Origin: Somniosus microcephalus
Lineage: Eukaryota
NCBI GenBank assembly: GCA_052327205.1
Contig: CM126230.1
Location: forward strand, 27,032,001-27,096,000
DNA length: 64,000 bases
Direction of reading: 5' to 3'
Shown: positions 51,843 through 64,000 of the stretch, one piece after another
Layout: each line of letters opens with the position of its first letter
Position numbering within the stretch: position 1 is the stretch's first letter
Notes under the pieces: model-generated
Databases searched by the model: none
Seen by the model: the letters and a program-made list of their open reading frames with translations, nothing else
What the model was told of the DNA's origin: nothing
Program-made: the position numbers and the translations under genes

Positions 51843-53151
51843 ATAGTGTTTCCCACAGAAGAATTTCATATTCAGTATTAGCACTTTCAATAAAATTCAC
51901 CGACAGGAGAAAAAAATCTCTCGCTGCCAGCTAACAATGTTCTGTTCTTGCATTAATAATGTTGAATAATAATTTGGCTCCTTATTTTAATGTTGTCATT
52001 TAATTTATATTGACAAAATTCAGGGGAGAAAGTCTGGAGTTCTATATATATCAACAGGCAACAGACCAGAATTCATGTACAGTAAGTGGAAAAACTACCA
52101 GCCTACCTCTCGTCCCCTCATGTTACAAAACAAACCCATTTATGAAAATGAGGCAATGTTTGCAAATGCTCAAAACTGGATTCCTGCTTCAGATTGGAGC
52201 ATAACTCAGTGTTTGGCATTTCCTTTTCCCCTTGCCTCATCCCAACGTTCTTGTTTCTTGGACAACCATGCCCATGAAACTCTTCATTTTCCTTTCTACA
52301 ATATTTTTCAGCAATACTTATGATGGCCCAATATTTAAATGAATCACCGTTCATGTCTCTGACACAATAACTGAATTTTTTGGTTGCAAGCTTAATGAGT
52401 CTTGAAGGCCATTAGAGCAAATTTATGTAAGCAGCCAGTTCAAACGAAAGAATCCACCACAAATCGTGTTAATTACATCAATTTGAAATGAAATCAGGGC
52501 AAACAATACATTCTCCGTCATGCCAGACTCCATGCAAACTACAGAATCAATTTCAACCTACGCCTGCATTAAATATTACATTTGATTTTGTCCTAGGGCA
52601 GGGTTAGTGCTCAGGGTTGGAGAAAAGGGGAAAAAATCTACTGCCGTGATCCTTGGTAAAATTACATCTTCAAATCGCTCTAGTCCGTTCCTCCAACTCT
52701 GGCGTCTTGTGTATCTTGAATTCCCTTCAGCCCGCCATTGGTGGCCATGTCTTCAGCTGTCTAGTCCCTACAACAACAACTTGCATTTACATAGCGCCTT
52801 TAACGTAGTAAAAACCTATTTATTTGACCAAGCTTTTGATACCTCTCTTCATAGCTTCTTTGGCTCAGTGTCAAGTTTTGTTTGACTATGTAGACATGAA
52901 ACAACTTGGAACATTTTTCTATGTTTAAGGTGGTATATTGTTGTTCAGGTCGTAGATTTCAGATCCATTTTTTGCCAGAAAAATTGGCATTACATCCCAA
53001 CTCTCATTGGCGGTAAAGAACTTCACTGGATCAAAATCACAGCATGTTGGAGCTCCAATGTCAGAGGATGCAATGGTCACTCAGAATTATTCACATCAAG
53101 TTGCACCTCAAAGCCTCAAATTTGGAACACCGAAAGTGAAGAGTCAATTGA

Positions 53152-55225
53152 CAACTACAATTTGTATTTATATAGCGCGTCTAATACAGTAAAATGTCCC
53201 AAGGCGCTCCACAGGAGCGATTATCAGACACAAATTTGACACCAAGCCACATAATGAGATATTAGGACAGATGACCAGACGCTTGGACAAAGAGGCAGGT
53301 TTTAAGGAGTGTCTTAAAGGAGGAGAGGTAGAGAGGCAGAGAGGTTTAGGGAAGGAATGCCAGAGCTTAGAGCCTAGGCAGTTGAAGGCACGGCCGCCAA
53401 TGGTGGAGCGATTAAAATCTGGGATGCACAAGAGATCAGAATTGGACGGGCGGCGATCTCGAAGGCTTGTACAGCTGGAGGAGGCTACAGAGATAGGGAG
53501 GGGCGAGGCCATGGAGGGATTTGAAAACAAGGGTGAGAATTTTTAAATTGAGGCGCTGCCAGACCGGGAGCCACGGTCAGCGAGTACAGGGGTGATGGGT
53601 GAATGGGACTTGGTGCGAGTTAGGACACGGGTCAGCGAGCACAGGGGTGATGGGCGAACGGGACTTGGTGCGAGTTAGGACACGGGTCAGCGAGCACAGG
53701 GGTGATGGGCGAACGGGACTTGATGCGAGTTAGGACACGGGTCAGCGAGCACAGGGGTGATGGGCGAACGGGACTTGGTGCGAGTTAGGACACGGGTCAG
53801 CGAGCACAGGGGTGATGGGCGAACGGGACTTGGTGCGAGTTAGGACACGGGTCAGCGAGCACAGGGGTGATGGGCGAACGGGACTTGGTGCGAGTTAGGA
53901 CACGGGTCAGCGAGCACAGGGGGTGATGGGCGAACGGGACTTGGTGCGAGTTAGGACACGGGTCAGCGAGCACAGGGGGTGATGGGCGAACGGGACTTGG
54001 TGCGAGTTAGGACACGGGTCAGCGAGCACAGGGGGTGATGGGCGAACGGGACTTGGTGCGAGTTAGGACACGGGTCAGCGAGCACAGGGGGTGATGGGCG
54101 AACGGGACTTGGTGCGAGTTAGGACACGGGTCAGCGAGCACAGGGGGTGATGGGCGAACGGGACTTGGTGCGAGTTAGGACACGGGTCAGTGAGCACAGG
54201 GGTGATGGGCGAACGGGACTTGGTGCGAGTTAGGACACGGGTCAGCGAGCACAGGGGTGATGGGCGAACGGGACTTGGTGCGAGTTAGGACACGGGTCAG
54301 CGAGCACAGGGGTGATGGGCGAACGGGACTTGGTGCGAGTTAGGTCACGGGTCAGCGAGCACAGGGGTGATGGGCGAACGGGACTTGGTGCGAGTTAGGA
54401 CATGGGTCAGCGAGCACAGGGGTGATGGGCGAACGGGACTTGGTGCGAGTTAGGACACGGGGGCAGCTGAGTTTTGGATGAGCTCAAGTTTATATATCGT
54501 GGAAGACGGGAGGCTGGTCAGGAAAGCATTGGAATAGTCAAGTCTAGAGGTAAAGAGGTATGGACGAGAGTTTCAGGGGCGGAGTCGGGTGATGTTATGG
54601 AGGTGGAAGTCGGCGGTCTTGGTGCTGGAGTGGTTATGTGGCTGGAAGATCATCTCGGTGTCAAATACGACAAGGTTGCGAATGGTCTGATTCAGCCACA
54701 GAGAGTTGCGAGGGAGAGAGATGGAGTCAGTGGCTAGGGAACAGAGTTTGTGGCGGGGACTGAAGACAATGGCTTTGGTCTTCCCAATATTTAGCGGGAG
54801 GAAATTTCTGCTCATCCTATACCGGATGTCGGACAAGCAGTGTGACAAATCAGAGACAGTGGGTCGAGAGAGGTAGTAGTGAGGTAGAGCTGGGTGTCGT
54901 CAGCGTACATGTGGAACCTGACCTCGTGTTGATGGACGATGTCACCGAGAAGCAGCATGTAGATGAGAAATAAGAGGGGGCCAAGGATAGATTCTTGGGG
55001 CCCCAGAGACAAGAGCAGGAACAGAAGCCATTGCAGGTGATTCTCTGGCTATGACTGATTAGGTAAGAATGGAACCAGGCGAGGGCAGTCCCACCCAGCT
55101 GGACGACGGAGAAAAGGCATTAGAGGAGGATGGTATGGTCAACCATGTCAAGGCTGCAGACAGGTTGAGAAGGATGAAGAGGGATAGTTTACCATGATCA
55201 CAGTCACATTAGGATGTCATGCTGT
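53152..55225 (-). mobile_element. L2 LINE fragment including RT core
   Basis: [28 protein letters not shown] (YADD motif); tail at 53152. May extend to ~55860 as 5' remnants. Confidence 0.9.
53575..54459. repeat. 55/56-bp minisatellite, 16 copies, inside L2
   Basis: Unit ggtcagcgagcacagggg(g)tgatgggcgaacgggacttggtgcgagttaggacacg; five adjacent units carry an extra G. Confidence 0.98.
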
Positions 55226-56744
55226 GAGTTCAGTGCTAGGGTAGTGGGGAACCTTAGGGGAACTTTGGCTCATAAGCAAGCAGTGACGAGTGCCTCAATG
55301 GGCCCATCGGAGGATGCCAAGAGAGGCACAGAGGAAAGCTATAGACTTATCTATGAGGGAGTCAAGCCTGGGATGGCGGCAGGAGAGTGCTGAAGGGTTG
55401 GGGTAGGAATTTGGGAGGGCAGAATACTGGAGAGGGGAGAAGTGAAAAGAGGCATTACGACAAGAGAGGTCTAGTAGGAGTGAAGAAAAAAGGGGAAATA
55501 GAAGTGATGAACTTTGGTCTGGAGCGGCAGTCAAAACCCGCACGCAAACAGACACAGGGAAATTCAAGTTATCTAGGCCTGGAAGAGAAGAATAGAAATG
55601 TCCTGGTAATAATCGGAGACAGGTGTGGAGAGTGAGTCCGAAAGCTAATCGAAGGGCAGAGCACTGGAGAAAAGCACTACTGGAGGTACTTCCACAGATA
55701 TGAAGAGCCAGGAGGCATGCAGAATCGATCACTGGACAGAAAATCAGCCACAGACCCCCGCCACCAATCTGAGCAAGTCCAAGAGCCCGAAAGCACAGTA
55801 CCAGCACACAACTCTGTCCCGGGACCCGGAGGCCGCTCTGTCCTCTTTCAGTGTGAATTGGCACTCTCTCTGTCCTCTTTCAGTATGAACTAGCATTCTC
55901 TTGTCCTCCTTCAGTTTGAACCGGCACTCTCTTGTTTGAACTACTTTGCACAGAGAGAGGAGAATGTATGGAATGGACTGCCAAGGAAGCCAGTTGCAGT
56001 GATATTAAATCAGCAAGTTCAAATGAGAGTTGGACAATTACTCGATGAAAAATTTGATAGGTGCGTGCAAGAGTTATTGTGGGGTTCAATATTTCCTAGA
56101 CAATTCCACCAGCTAGATAGCTCTTTTCCAGTCCTGTGCACTCCCATGTTCCTCTCACCAGTGTCACTGTAGGAAGGCAGTAAGCAATAGTAGCCCCACA
56201 CAGGAAGATATTTGGAAAGCCAGTCACCACAGGCCGCCCGGACATACCAGATAGAGTGGGACTTAAGATAAAGATCTTGCACCAGCGCCCAGCCCATTGT
56301 TTCACTAGGTAAGGTGCGTGGCACTGAGTGACTGGGAGTTGAGGGGAGGAAAGAGAGAGAAAAACTGCACGGATGAAGCTTAATCCATAAAAAGGAGCAC
56401 AGTTCAAACAGAATGTACAGCTGCAGTACATCTTATGCTAAACTTGCAAAATTGTTCATTTGCATTAGGGTCACCTGAGATTTCAACCCATGTGTAACTG
56501 TCAACCACATACTCTTTCTATAAAACCAGGATGGTCACCTTCACTCTTTCCTTCATTAGACCCTTTTCAAATGATCATCCAAGATTATGGAAAATGTTCT
56601 CCATTGGCAGGATTGAAAAACCCAATAGACAAGAATCACAGGAGAAAATTGTGTCACAAACCCAAAGCTAGTTAACTAGCGATAAACATACTGTACTTCT
56701 AGCATTAGACAGAATGGTGGCCAGTCAGCACTATAATGAATCTC

Positions 56745-56865
56745 ATTTGCTGTTTCCTACATTACAACAGTGACTACACTTCAAAAGTACTTCATTGGCT
56801 GTAAAGCACTTTGGGACGTCTGTGGTCGTGAAAGGCGCTATAGAAATGCGAGTCTTTTTTTCTTT
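56745..56865 (+). mobile_element. SINE 3' tail (L2-mobilised Deu-SINE type)
   Basis: tttcctacattacaacagtgactacacttcaaaagtacttcattggctgtaaagcactttgggacg...aaggcgctatagaaatgc. Confidence 0.7.
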
Positions 56866-59102
56866 TTATTTAAATAATACTATTCTTTGGGCCCTATTAT
56901 ACTTCATGTAGAGGTTTTAACCCAGCACTCGCTTTACACAGTGACAGTGGTAGCGCGGAGTTATGTTCTCGGGCTCTGTACATGCATGCTTAAAGGCATA
57001 TGTGGAACTTTATTCAGGATGCTGGTTAAATTAAGCTGGTAAACGGAAGAGCCAAGAAACGGTCAGTGCTAATTTAAAGCTCAACAGGTGGTTATGCTAC
57101 AATCACTGTAAAGCCCATGCAATTTGACACGACGTCTTGAATTGATCCTACATCACCTACCAAAATCTGATGCGCCAGCTTGGTGACTTCATTCCTACTT
57201 ATGTAGTGTTTATGTTGCAGCAACACAAAAGTTGTATTTCAACTGGACAATTAAAGTGCAGATTGTACCTTGTAGTGTCTGTTAGCATTATACGGATCTT
57301 GATAAATAGAGGCCATTTGACTACTTTTTCATTTCCAACAGTTTTGGATTAGTAACTTGTTTACCTCTGAAGTGTAGTCATCGTCCAGTTTCTAACCAAA
57401 CAGTAACCCAATATCAGCTCTGTGCTGTTGGGACATAGTTGGCACCCCTGAAATCTAAAAGTTATGTCGCAGTTGGCAGCGTCTGAAAAAAGAACGCATC
57501 TTATTGGGGCACTGGACAGTTATGTCCAAGATCACCAAATAGCAGGAGTCACGTAGGCCTTGAAATTACAATGCTTGAATATTAACTTTCAGATGCTTCA
57601 TTAGTTATGAAATTCCATTGTTTGCTATTTTAATGGCTTAAAATCAATAGATTAATGCCTCAATCAAAACAGCAGACAAAAGAGATTTCATAAGAACATG
57701 TTAAACATTCACTGACTAATGTTCAGCCACTATATTTTAAGGCTGCATTATTTCATTTACTCGCTTTGCCATTTAGATATTATTCAATCATCTACACAAA
57801 TGTTCCACCGCCCTGGCTGAACTATACACCAAGCTTCCAAATATTGATGTCATTCTTGCTTCCTAGTCAGAACAGTAACACTGCAGCAGTTCCCAGACGG
57901 AGTCTATTACGAAGGGGTGCGAGGAGACTGAATACACGGTAAATTCTCAGTTGCTATCAAATAACTTTTACATGGTCTACAGTTCGGGACTGAGAATAGC
58001 CATGAACACCAGATACCCTGCTTATTTCCAAGCATGGTTTTTTTTTCTGCAGTTGTTTATCAAATCTCTAATAGTTCACAATTAAAAGAAATAACCGAGA
58101 AATATCAAGTACGTGAATGTAGCCAAAAGAATTAAGTCGGATACCATGCACTGGAAGTACACACTGTATATTACCAGAAAGATGCTACCCATATCCAACA
58201 CATTCATATTCTGTGAAAGATTTTTTTGGGGGGTGGGGGCTGGGGGGAAAGAGATTAGGGAGAGGATGAATAGAAAATTAGTTTAAAAAAATGTCTGAGT
58301 TTGAATAACAGAAGAAAAAAATCCCCTCCGTCCAATCCCAGTGCTCCTCTATATTCTGACACTCACCCAGTGCTCCAGATTTACTCGATCCGGTGTGGGT
58401 AATGTATTATTTACAGAATTGTGTAATTGCTTATTTTACTTCAGTTCATCACTGGGATGTAGGGCAAACATTCAGGTACTGCTATTCTCACAGGTTCTGG
58501 GACTCTGCCAAATCAGCAAATTACACTATATATGACAAGTGTAGGAATTGATGAGATTGGTTTCAGGATGTCGCATGATGCCATTGCAGAAGCCTTTGTG
58601 CTGTCTAAGTGTGTTTCTAATTACAGTGTCTGCTGAAATTTAAAGAGAAGGTACCTTCACAATCGACTGGACTAGAGGCCACTGATCAGACTTTTTAGTG
58701 ATACCTTGGGGTCCTTTTCATCTAGTTTGCAATGAGTAATGCCCGTGAAGCGCCTTCGGATGTTTTACTATGTTAAAGGTGCTATATAAATGCAAGTTGC
58801 CATTGTCATTATTATTATGTCACAAGTTTGGATTTGCTGCAGGATTTCAAAACCAAACTGAATTGAGTTCCTACAAACAGAAGACATCTCGAGTTAGAGA
58901 AGATAGGTGAGCTAACTTGGACTAGTGGGATCAGTCTGTGGTCTCCTGAAGCTTGATTGATTGCCTTCAGGACACAAAAGGGAATTTCCCAGAATTATTT
59001 CCCCTAAATTTGGCCTATGTTTTTTTTTTCTTCACTTCTCCCAGGAGATTACATGACTTGGGGTTGGGGGATGGCAGTGTAGGGGGGGGGGGGGGGGGAG
59101 AA

Positions 59103-59940
59103 AAGAGATGGAGGAAGGAGTCTGATGAGGAAGAGATGGAGGAAGGAGACTGATGGGGAAGAGGTGGAGGAAGGAGACTGATGGGGAAGAGATGGAGGAA
59201 GGAGTCTGATGGGGAAGAGATGGAGGAAGGAGTCTGATGGGGAAGAGATGGAGTAAGGAGTCTGATGGGGAAGAGATGGAGGAAGGAGTCCGATGGGGAA
59301 GAGATGGAGGAAGGAGTCCGATGGGGAAGAGGTGGAGTAAGGAGACTGATGGGGAAGAGATGGAGTAAGGAGTCTGATGGGGAAGAGATGGAGGAAGGAG
59401 ACTGATGGGGAAGAGATGGAGGAAGGAGTCTGATGGGGAAGAGATGGAGGAAGGAGTCTGATGGGGAAGAAATGGAGGAAGGGGTCTGATGGGGAAGAGA
59501 TGGAGGAAGGGGTCTGATGGGGAAGAGATGGAGTAAGGAGTCTGATGGGGAAGAGATGGAGGAAGGAGTCTGATGGGGAAGAGATGGAGGAAGGGGTCTG
59601 ATGGGGAAGAGATGGAGGAAGGGGTCTGATGGGGAAGAGATGGAGTAAGGAGTCTGATGGGGAAGAGATGGAGTAAGGAGACTGATGGGGAAGAGATGGA
59701 GTAAGGAGTCTGATGGGGAAGAGATGGAGGAAGGGGTCTGATGGGGAAGAGATGGAGGAAGGGGTCTGATGGGGAAGAGATGGAGGAAGGAGTCTGATGG
59801 GTAAGAAATGGAGGAAGGAGTCCGATGGGGAAGAAATGGAGGAAGGAGTCTGATGGGGAAGAGGTGGAGGAAGGAGTCTGTTGGGGAAGAGGTGGAGGAA
59901 GGAGTCTGATGGGGAAGAGATGGAGGAAGGAGTCTGATGG
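59103..59940. repeat. 28-bp purine-rich minisatellite, ~30 copies
   Basis: Unit aagagatggaggaaggagtctgatgggg. Confidence 0.97.
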
Positions 59941-60019
59941 TGTGTGCAGGTTGTAACAGGTCAGTATGTGACAGGCTTGATGGACCAGCTGGTCCTTTTC
60001 TGCATGCTCATGTGTTCAT

Positions 60020-60265
60020 AACTTGCATTTATATAGCGCCTTTCACATCCTTGGGATGTCCCAAAGCGCTTCGAAGCCAATGAATTCCTTTAAAAAAATG
60101 TTATGATGTATGCAATCACAGCAACCAATTTATGCCCAGTAAACAAGAATGAGATGAATGACCAGTGAATCCTATTTGCTGTTGCTCGATGAGGAATAAA
60201 TATTGGCCAGGATACCAGGAGAATCCCCCTGCTCTTCTTTGAATAACGCCGTGGGATCTTTTACT
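60020..60265 (-). mobile_element. Deu-domain SINE (SacSINE1-like)
   Basis: L2-type tail (ttgcatttatatagcgcctttcac) plus aaatattggccaggataccaggagaatccccctgctcttctttgaata...gtgggatctttta. Confidence 0.7.
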
Positions 60266-60442
60266 TCTGCCTCGATTCCGATCAATGTAGTAATCCTTTA
60301 GCAATAGTCCAACAGGAAACAAACTGGTTACTGTAATTTGTACTTGAAACCCAAACCCACAAAGAAATGAAGCAACAATTTAACTAATATTTTAAAAGAA
60401 ATGAAGGCAGTCTCCATATAGCCACAGTTCCTTGGAGTTGTT

Positions 60443-60880
60443 TCGAGGAGAGATTGAGTAGACTAGGCCTATATTCTCTAGAGTTTAGAAGAATGAGAGG
60501 TGATCTCATTGAAACATACAAAATTCTTACAGGGCTTGACAGGGTAGATGCAGGGAGGATGTTTCCCCTGGCTGGGGAGTCTAGAACCAGGGATCACAGT
60601 CTCAGAATAAGGGGTCAGCCATTTAGGACTGAGATGAGGAGAAATTTATTCACTCAGAGGGTGGGGAATCTTTGGAATTTTCTACCCCAGAGGGCTGTGG
60701 AGGCTCAGTTGAGTATATTCAAGACAGAGCTCAATTGATTTTTGAATATTAAGGGAATCGAGGGGTATGGGGATAGTGCAAGAAAGTGGAGATGAGGTAG
60801 AAGATCAGCCATGATCTTATTGAATGGCGGAGCAGGCTCGAAGGGCCAAATGGCCGACTCCTGCTCCTATTTCTTATGTT
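60443..60880 (+). mobile_element. CR1 3' fragment
   Basis: SRLGLYSLEFRRMRGDLIETYKIL...FTQRVGNLWNFLP; standard tail. Confidence 0.92.
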
Positions 60881-61745
60881 GTCACAATTCATCTGCCAGT
60901 TATATCCTAGTTACTGAAAATGTTGATTTATGATGATTCAAGACAGTTACATCACTTAAGAGAATGTCTTTTTCTTCATCTTTGAACATTAATCAGTGTA
61001 CAATGGTTCCAGCAGAATAGAGTTGGACTCAAACCCAGAGGATCGTAAGTTCAAATTTCAATTTGCCGGTCTTCGTTTGGGGATCATCCCAACTGTGCAG
61101 CTTTGTAATTTTAAAAAGTGAGATGCTACAGAGTAGATGAAAGCAGTTTGATCTCCACCACATTAAAACATTTCCACTGTGTTTTGATAGAGTGGTGGCA
61201 AGCAGAGGCCAGGCAAATCGCCACCGAGAGGGAGAGAAATGATCAGGACAGTCCAACACGGGTTGGGTTCTCAGCATGGACTGTTCTGAGCAGCACTAGA
61301 AGGGTCCTGTGAACAGGCTCTACCCCATCCCTCTCAGACACAGCTGGAGAGGAACAGAGGGAGTTAACCCAAAATGTTAAAAAAAAATTAAACCTTGCAT
61401 ATTAGAATCATACTTTTTGCCCAAACAAATTTTAGAAAAAGGGGTAAAACTACAGAGGAATGACTATTACATTAATTCAATTTCCATAACTCTTTAATGG
61501 TGAACAGCAAGTGAAGGTAGGAGATCAGATAAGACAAATCGAATACTAAAGCATTTTTGGAATGATAATTGAACAGAAATTTGCCCTAGATATTTCAGAA
61601 GAGCAGAACACATGCTCGGGCTACAGAACTCGTTTCTCAGGTTTGAAGAGGTAGCTGTATCCGTGACTAAAAACATGCACTCTGCTCATTAGTCATGACA
61701 TTACTTTAAAAGCATAAAATAAAATCATGTTAACTTAACACTTAC

Positions 61746-62323
61746 CTGTCCAGGAATATGTCTGGAAGGGGCGGGTACGTTTGCATGTCAGGCACACGTT
61801 CATGAACTATTACCATGACAATCGATGTAAACCCAAAGACTATGAATACATAAATAGAACTCAAAATTGTCTTCCAGAACTCTGGGTCGAGTCTTCGGGT
61901 TTGATGTTTGTAGTATTTACCATTCTGATAGTGTTCAGTACTCAAGTCTCCACTAGAACCACCACTGTCCATGGAATGATCCACACCATTACACTGACAG
62001 TCTTTGCTTAGTGCAGAACTAACAACATGTGCAACAGTACCAGCAAGGTATTCATCGCTGGCATAGCCCATCTCTGCCAAGATATCTTTGTGCTGCTTTT
62101 GTAGTTTCCGAATAGATACCATAAGCCTTTTAATATCACCCAATACCTTCAGTTCTAAAGGTGGGCAGCGTAAATCATACTCGGTCAAAGTTAACAAGGC
62201 AATACCATCCAGTCTGTGCTTATTACATAGAAGATCAATGTATTCACTGAAGCCTTCCTCCTTTAGCCACTTGGCCACATGTTTGTTGGTCCAGCGCCTG
62301 ATAGTAAACTGGCTTCCCGTCAT
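61746..62323 (-). CDS. SAMD8: SAMD8 coding exon 1 (578 nt): SAM domain, linker, TM1
   Basis: Acceptor ttttgcag| (exon starts 62330), ATG at 62323. [17 protein letters not shown]...KVLGDIKRL; [21 protein letters not shown]|gtaagt. The non-coding first exon was not found in the window. Confidence 0.97.
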
Positions 62324-63679
62324 GTTTCAACTGCAAAATAAAAACAGAAAAAAGTCAAATAACTGGGTGGAACTACATACTGTATTTGATTATTTGGCAG
62401 GATATCTGGTCCAATGTAAAAATATTTTTTACTGTTGTTTCTAAGTATGAAGGTTCCTCATTTTACTTTTGCATTTCAATGCCAGACCTTGCTTGTCCCA
62501 GAAGGTCGGCACCATTTGAAGTCAGAATGCCCTTTAACATAAACTGAATGAACTCTAGATACCACAAGCTTTGGTTCATGAAACACAGGCTTGTGGAAAT
62601 GGCCTGCACTGTAGTCTCAGAGTGAAAGAATTATGTTTCTTCTTGTACAAGTTTTACTGTAGGCTTCAAGCCCATCAATACAGACGTTCCTAGTAAAGCT
62701 GAATCCACGTGTAAATAAATTCATTGTGTTTCAGAAATGTTTTGAAACCAAGTCCCTGGTTCCAGTAGAACTGGTACAACCACTCCCATTACACAAAATA
62801 CATCAAGATGGATCAGACGTGCATTTAACAAGTTGCCATTGTATTTTACTAAAAAAATTTTTTTTTTTTTTGAACTCACCTTTGGACTCGATCTTTTTGC
62901 CAAAAACGTCATTGAGCTGAAGAGGGATATATCTGCACAAAAATATCCCAATTGACTTGAGTAGCTAATCCTGGCCAAGGCAATTCATGTAACCCCACCC
63001 CTCAATACACTGCACAGTGAAGAAACTAACTTGGTTATCAACCCCTTGGATTGCTTTCTCTGCCCTTTGTGACTCACACTTTCAGTCCAGTCCTGTCCAA
63101 CGAGTAGCTGCTCCTCAAATATAAAAAAGTACAATAAAATCTAGCAAACACAAACATTTCAAATACCAATGCCGAATAAATATCTTGAACTTTGTTAAAA
63201 GCTCGGTGTTATCTTGTGGCCATCAGGGATGTTAAGAGAATGATTAGCACAGCTCAGACCATTAAATGTGTTCCCGGACATTGAGGGAGATAATCTCCAC
63301 CAGAGAAGGGAGCACAGCCAGTGATAATAAATCAGTAATATCAAACTTTAACAAATGTACAGATGCCAAAGAGAAATTTCGGGAAGAAACGTGATAGCCT
63401 TCCAAAATTAACAGAAGGCGCTGAGATCATCAATGTAAGTCAAGCTGCCAACACAGCGATGCAAGGCTTCCCATGATGCTGAAGGAAAATCAAATTGTTT
63501 AAGCTTTGTGTCCTGTGTTTAATTGCAATACTTAATTTGATTTGCTCCCGAGGCATCCTACATATCGAACTCAAAGAAACGAATTAACGCTCGGCTTTTC
63601 AAAACATGACAAAAAATCATACACCGTTCAATGCTAAATCAACACAATTATACAATATGACACACCCTCGACCCTTGTC

Positions 63680-64000
63680 CCCAAGATATCCTCCTCCTTT
63701 TGTCCCTCAGCCTCTGCACTGAGTGACTCCTATTCCTTGGTGATTTTAAGTTCCCTCTCAACTCCCTCTGCACTCTATCCTCTAAATTCACTGCCCTCTT
63801 TTCCTCCCTAAATCTTTCCCTCCATATAAACTCTCCGACCCATATTCACGGTCACCCCGCAACCTTGCCATCTCCTGTGGCATCTCTACTCCCATGGTCT
63901 CTACTACAGACAAGGCCATCTCGGACCACTTTCTTGTATTCCTCGCCACCCACATCACCCTTACCCCCTTCCAACCCCACTTCCAATGAACCAGATTATT
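63680..64000 (+). mobile_element. L2 endonuclease-domain remnant
   Basis: LSLCTE*LLFLGDF; LNLSLHINSPTHIHGHP; TDKAISDHFLV (APE-type SDH motif). Confidence 0.7.

Noticed and set aside
55295-55864. 189-aa minus-strand ORF
   Set aside because: Low-complexity Leu/Ser-rich reading adjoining the L2; probably its decayed 5' region.
55835-55935. Three ~33-bp diverged repeats (ctctgtcctctttcagt...)
   Set aside because: Too short and degenerate; likely the edge of the adjacent retroelement.

Overview
Vertebrate genomic DNA, almost certainly an elasmobranch (shark/ray), judged from an HE1-type V-SINE and dense CR1/L2 LINE fragments. There are two protein-coding genes, both on the minus strand. SAMD8 (SMSr, ceramide phosphoethanolamine synthase) has its complete CDS in five GT-AG exons (578+96+118+151+305 = 1248 nt, 415 aa), followed by a ~5 kb repeat-free putative 3' UTR. 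Downstream of it are the CpG-island promoter (~10.5-11.15 kb) and first coding exon (2316-2382, missed by the ORF track) of VDAC2; the rest of VDAC2 lies beyond the left edge. Most ORFs in the supplied track are chance ORFs or retroelement debris. The non-coding space holds CR1, L2, Tx1 and Penelope-like fragments, SINEs, six copies of a TA-flanked MITE, hAT- and Harbinger-like elements, a tRNA-Val pseudogene and four minisatellites. I see no convincing wholly new system. Best leads: a possible in-frame N-terminal extension exon for VDAC2, a MITE carrying an RFX X-box-like palindrome, minimal hammerhead ribozyme cores in Penelope-like ends, minisatellites born inside retroelements, and the SAMD8-VDAC2 ceramide-linked gene pair. 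Repeat family names come from recalled consensus similarity, and repeat boundaries are approximate.
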